From an uncultured delta proteobacterium (GTDB lineage Bacteria > Desulfobacterota > Desulfobaccia > Desulfobaccales > 0-14-0-80-60-11), in the NCBI GenBank assembly GCA_963739295.1, contig CAVTZS010000008.1, positions 41,348 through 105,347 of the forward strand: 64,000 bases of DNA. Reading direction: 5' to 3'. The notes below the pieces were generated by a model that saw nothing but the letters and a program-made list of their open reading frames with translations, had not been told where the DNA came from and did no database searches. Below are positions 62,877-64,000 of the stretch, in pieces (within the stretch, counting starts at the first letter, position 1; the number at the start of each line of letters is the position of its first letter). A program made the translations under genes and the position numbers.

Positions 62877-63644
62877 TCATCGTTCCACCGATTGGTCGGC
62901 AACCTTTTCCCAGAAGGCCCAGGATTTCATGGCCCGGCCCAGGTGGTGGCGCAGGAAGGCTTTAAAGATGGCCAGGCTCTGGTCTCTTTGCCGGGGGGGA
63001 AAACGCAAACGGGTAAGTTTTCTTAGGGGCAGGTCCTGGGACAGACGCAACAGCTTCCAGGTCCCCGGGTCCAAGGGTAACACGGGGCCGGCCGCCTCCC
63101 GGCTGCAGGTCCCGCACCATACCCCGCCCCGGGGGATGCTGAAATATAAGGGGGGCACGGGCTCTCGCCCACATCTCTGGCAAAGGTGCAAGCGGGGGCC
63201 ATAGCCCCCCAGGGTCAAGAGCCGCAGCAGAAACAGGGGCAGCAGGGAATCCGGAGAGCTGCCCTCCGCCAACCGCTCCAGGGCTTCTTCCAGGGTGGCG
63301 AAAATCTCGGCCCGAGCCTCCGGGGGACCGGCCAGGTAACCCGCCAGTTCCGCCAACACCGCGGCGGCCCCCAGGCGCTTCAGATCCCGGCGCAGGCTGG
63401 AGAAAGATTTGACCAACTCCCCTTTTTGGATAAATTCCAGGTCTCCTCGGGGCTGGGGCGAAAGGAAAAAGGTTACCCGGTTAAGGGGCTCCAGGCAATT
63501 GGCAAACCGGTGCCGGCTCTTTTTGGCATGCTTGGCCATGCCGGTAAGGCGGCCCTGTTGGGGCGTGAGAAAGGTCACCAACTGATCCGCCTCGCCGTAA
63601 TCTCTCACCAACAGGACAATAGCCGGGGTTTGCCTTGCGGCCAT
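62877..63644 (-). CDS. recO: DNA repair protein RecO
   Basis: 255 aa. N-terminal OB-fold pattern (AIVLLVRDYGEADQLVTFLTPQQGRL) and zinc motif CQRCG...CGTC. Confidence 0.9.
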   Translation of the reverse strand: MAARQTPAIVLLVRDYGEADQLVTFLTPQQGRLTGMAKHAKKSRHRFANCLEPLNRVTFFLSPQPRGDLEFIQKGELVKSFSSLRRDLKRLGAAAVLAELAGYLAGPPEARAEIFATLEEALERLAEGSSPDSLLPLFLLRLLTLGGYGPRLHLCQRCGREPVPPLYFSIPRGGVWCGTCSREAAGPVLPLDPGTWKLLRLSQDLPLRKLTRLRFPPRQRDQSLAIFKAFLRHHLGRAMKSWAFWEKVADQSVER

Positions 63645-63656
63645 GGATAGGGGCTC

Positions 63657-64000
63657 TTACGGGAGGCGGTACTTTTCCCGCAGGTTCTGGGAGATTTCTC
63701 TCAGCCAGGCGAAGGCCTCGGTGACGGTCTTTTCCCGGTCCGGGTTAATGAGGCAGCAGGTGGCCGGGGTGAGCAGGCTTTGAGCAAAGAGTTGTTCCCG
63801 GTCGATCCCCGCGGCCAGCAGGGTAGGCCACAGGTTTTCCAGATAAGCAATGAGCCGCTTGGAGGTTTCCTGTTCGAAATCCTCATGAGTGGTGGGTATG
63901 AGCCCCCAGGCCAGGACCCCGCCCCGCTCCAGGAATCTGCGGATGGCCTTGCCGTATAACTGGAAAATTTCCCCGTTGGTGTAGATGTCCAGGGAGAGGA
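63657..64000 (-). CDS. hypothetical protein, C-terminal part (5' end outside the window)
   Basis: My own minus-strand translation is open to the window edge: ...LSLDIYTNGEIFQLYGKAIRRFLERGGVLAWGLIPTTHEDFEQE...LLTPATCCLINPDREKTVTEAFAWLREISQNLREKYRLP*. The stop is at 63657-59, 12 nt upstream of the recO start. The listed 61-aa ORF is in a different frame. Confidence 0.6.
   Translation of the reverse strand, partial: LSLDIYTNGEIFQLYGKAIRRFLERGGVLAWGLIPTTHEDFEQETSKRLIAYLENLWPTLLAAGIDREQLFAQSLLTPATCCLINPDREKTVTEAFAWLREISQNLREKYRLP

Overview
This is a 64-kb chromosomal segment from a GC-rich bacterium. The gene content includes Rex, FdhD, a split F0-only atpZ/I/B/E cluster, a TolC-DevB/C/A-type exporter and a large PaaK-ACT-Liv amino-acid uptake operon. 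That mix looks like an anaerobic Desulfobacterota/Deltaproteobacteria-like organism, but the taxon cannot be proven from this window. I call about 70 protein-coding genes, mostly housekeeping: gmk, trpS, pyrE, leuDB, asd, coaD, rsmD, recO, nadK, htpX, prmA and others. I saw no rRNA, tRNA or CRISPR array by eye.

Sequence that the genes do not explain:
1. A dense population of intergenic repeats.
   - A G-tract-plus-hairpin element of about 65 bp has three near-identical copies and many variants.
   - Arrays of tandem heptanucleotides (CAGTAGY / AACAGAA / their complements) form long, imperfect hairpins at five or more loci.
   - One inverted pair of these arrays brackets a four-helix-bundle gene (23S-rRNA-IVS/Avd-type) sitting between livG and livF.
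2. Three solitary insertions that look clearly more AT-rich than their flanks by eye. One encodes a membrane SGNH hydrolase. One encodes a DUF4268 protein with a PD-(D/E)xK-like N-terminus. One encodes a 227-aa orphan with an RNSAAH (HEPN-like Rx4H) motif, wedged between paaK and its ACT-domain partner.
3. A decayed cassette holding a frameshifted TetR gene, a frameshifted enoyl-CoA hydratase gene and a transposase remnant. It is bounded by a full-length C_GCAxxG_C_C gene and a diverged 3' fragment of the same gene.
4. Further single-base frameshifts in remA and in an amino-acid permease (two in the permease).

I cannot demonstrate a complete, defined novel system. The heptamer-bracketed four-helix-bundle cassette and the HEPN-like insertion are the best candidates. 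All functional calls rest on my reading of the translated ORFs and on motif recognition. No database search or computation was run.
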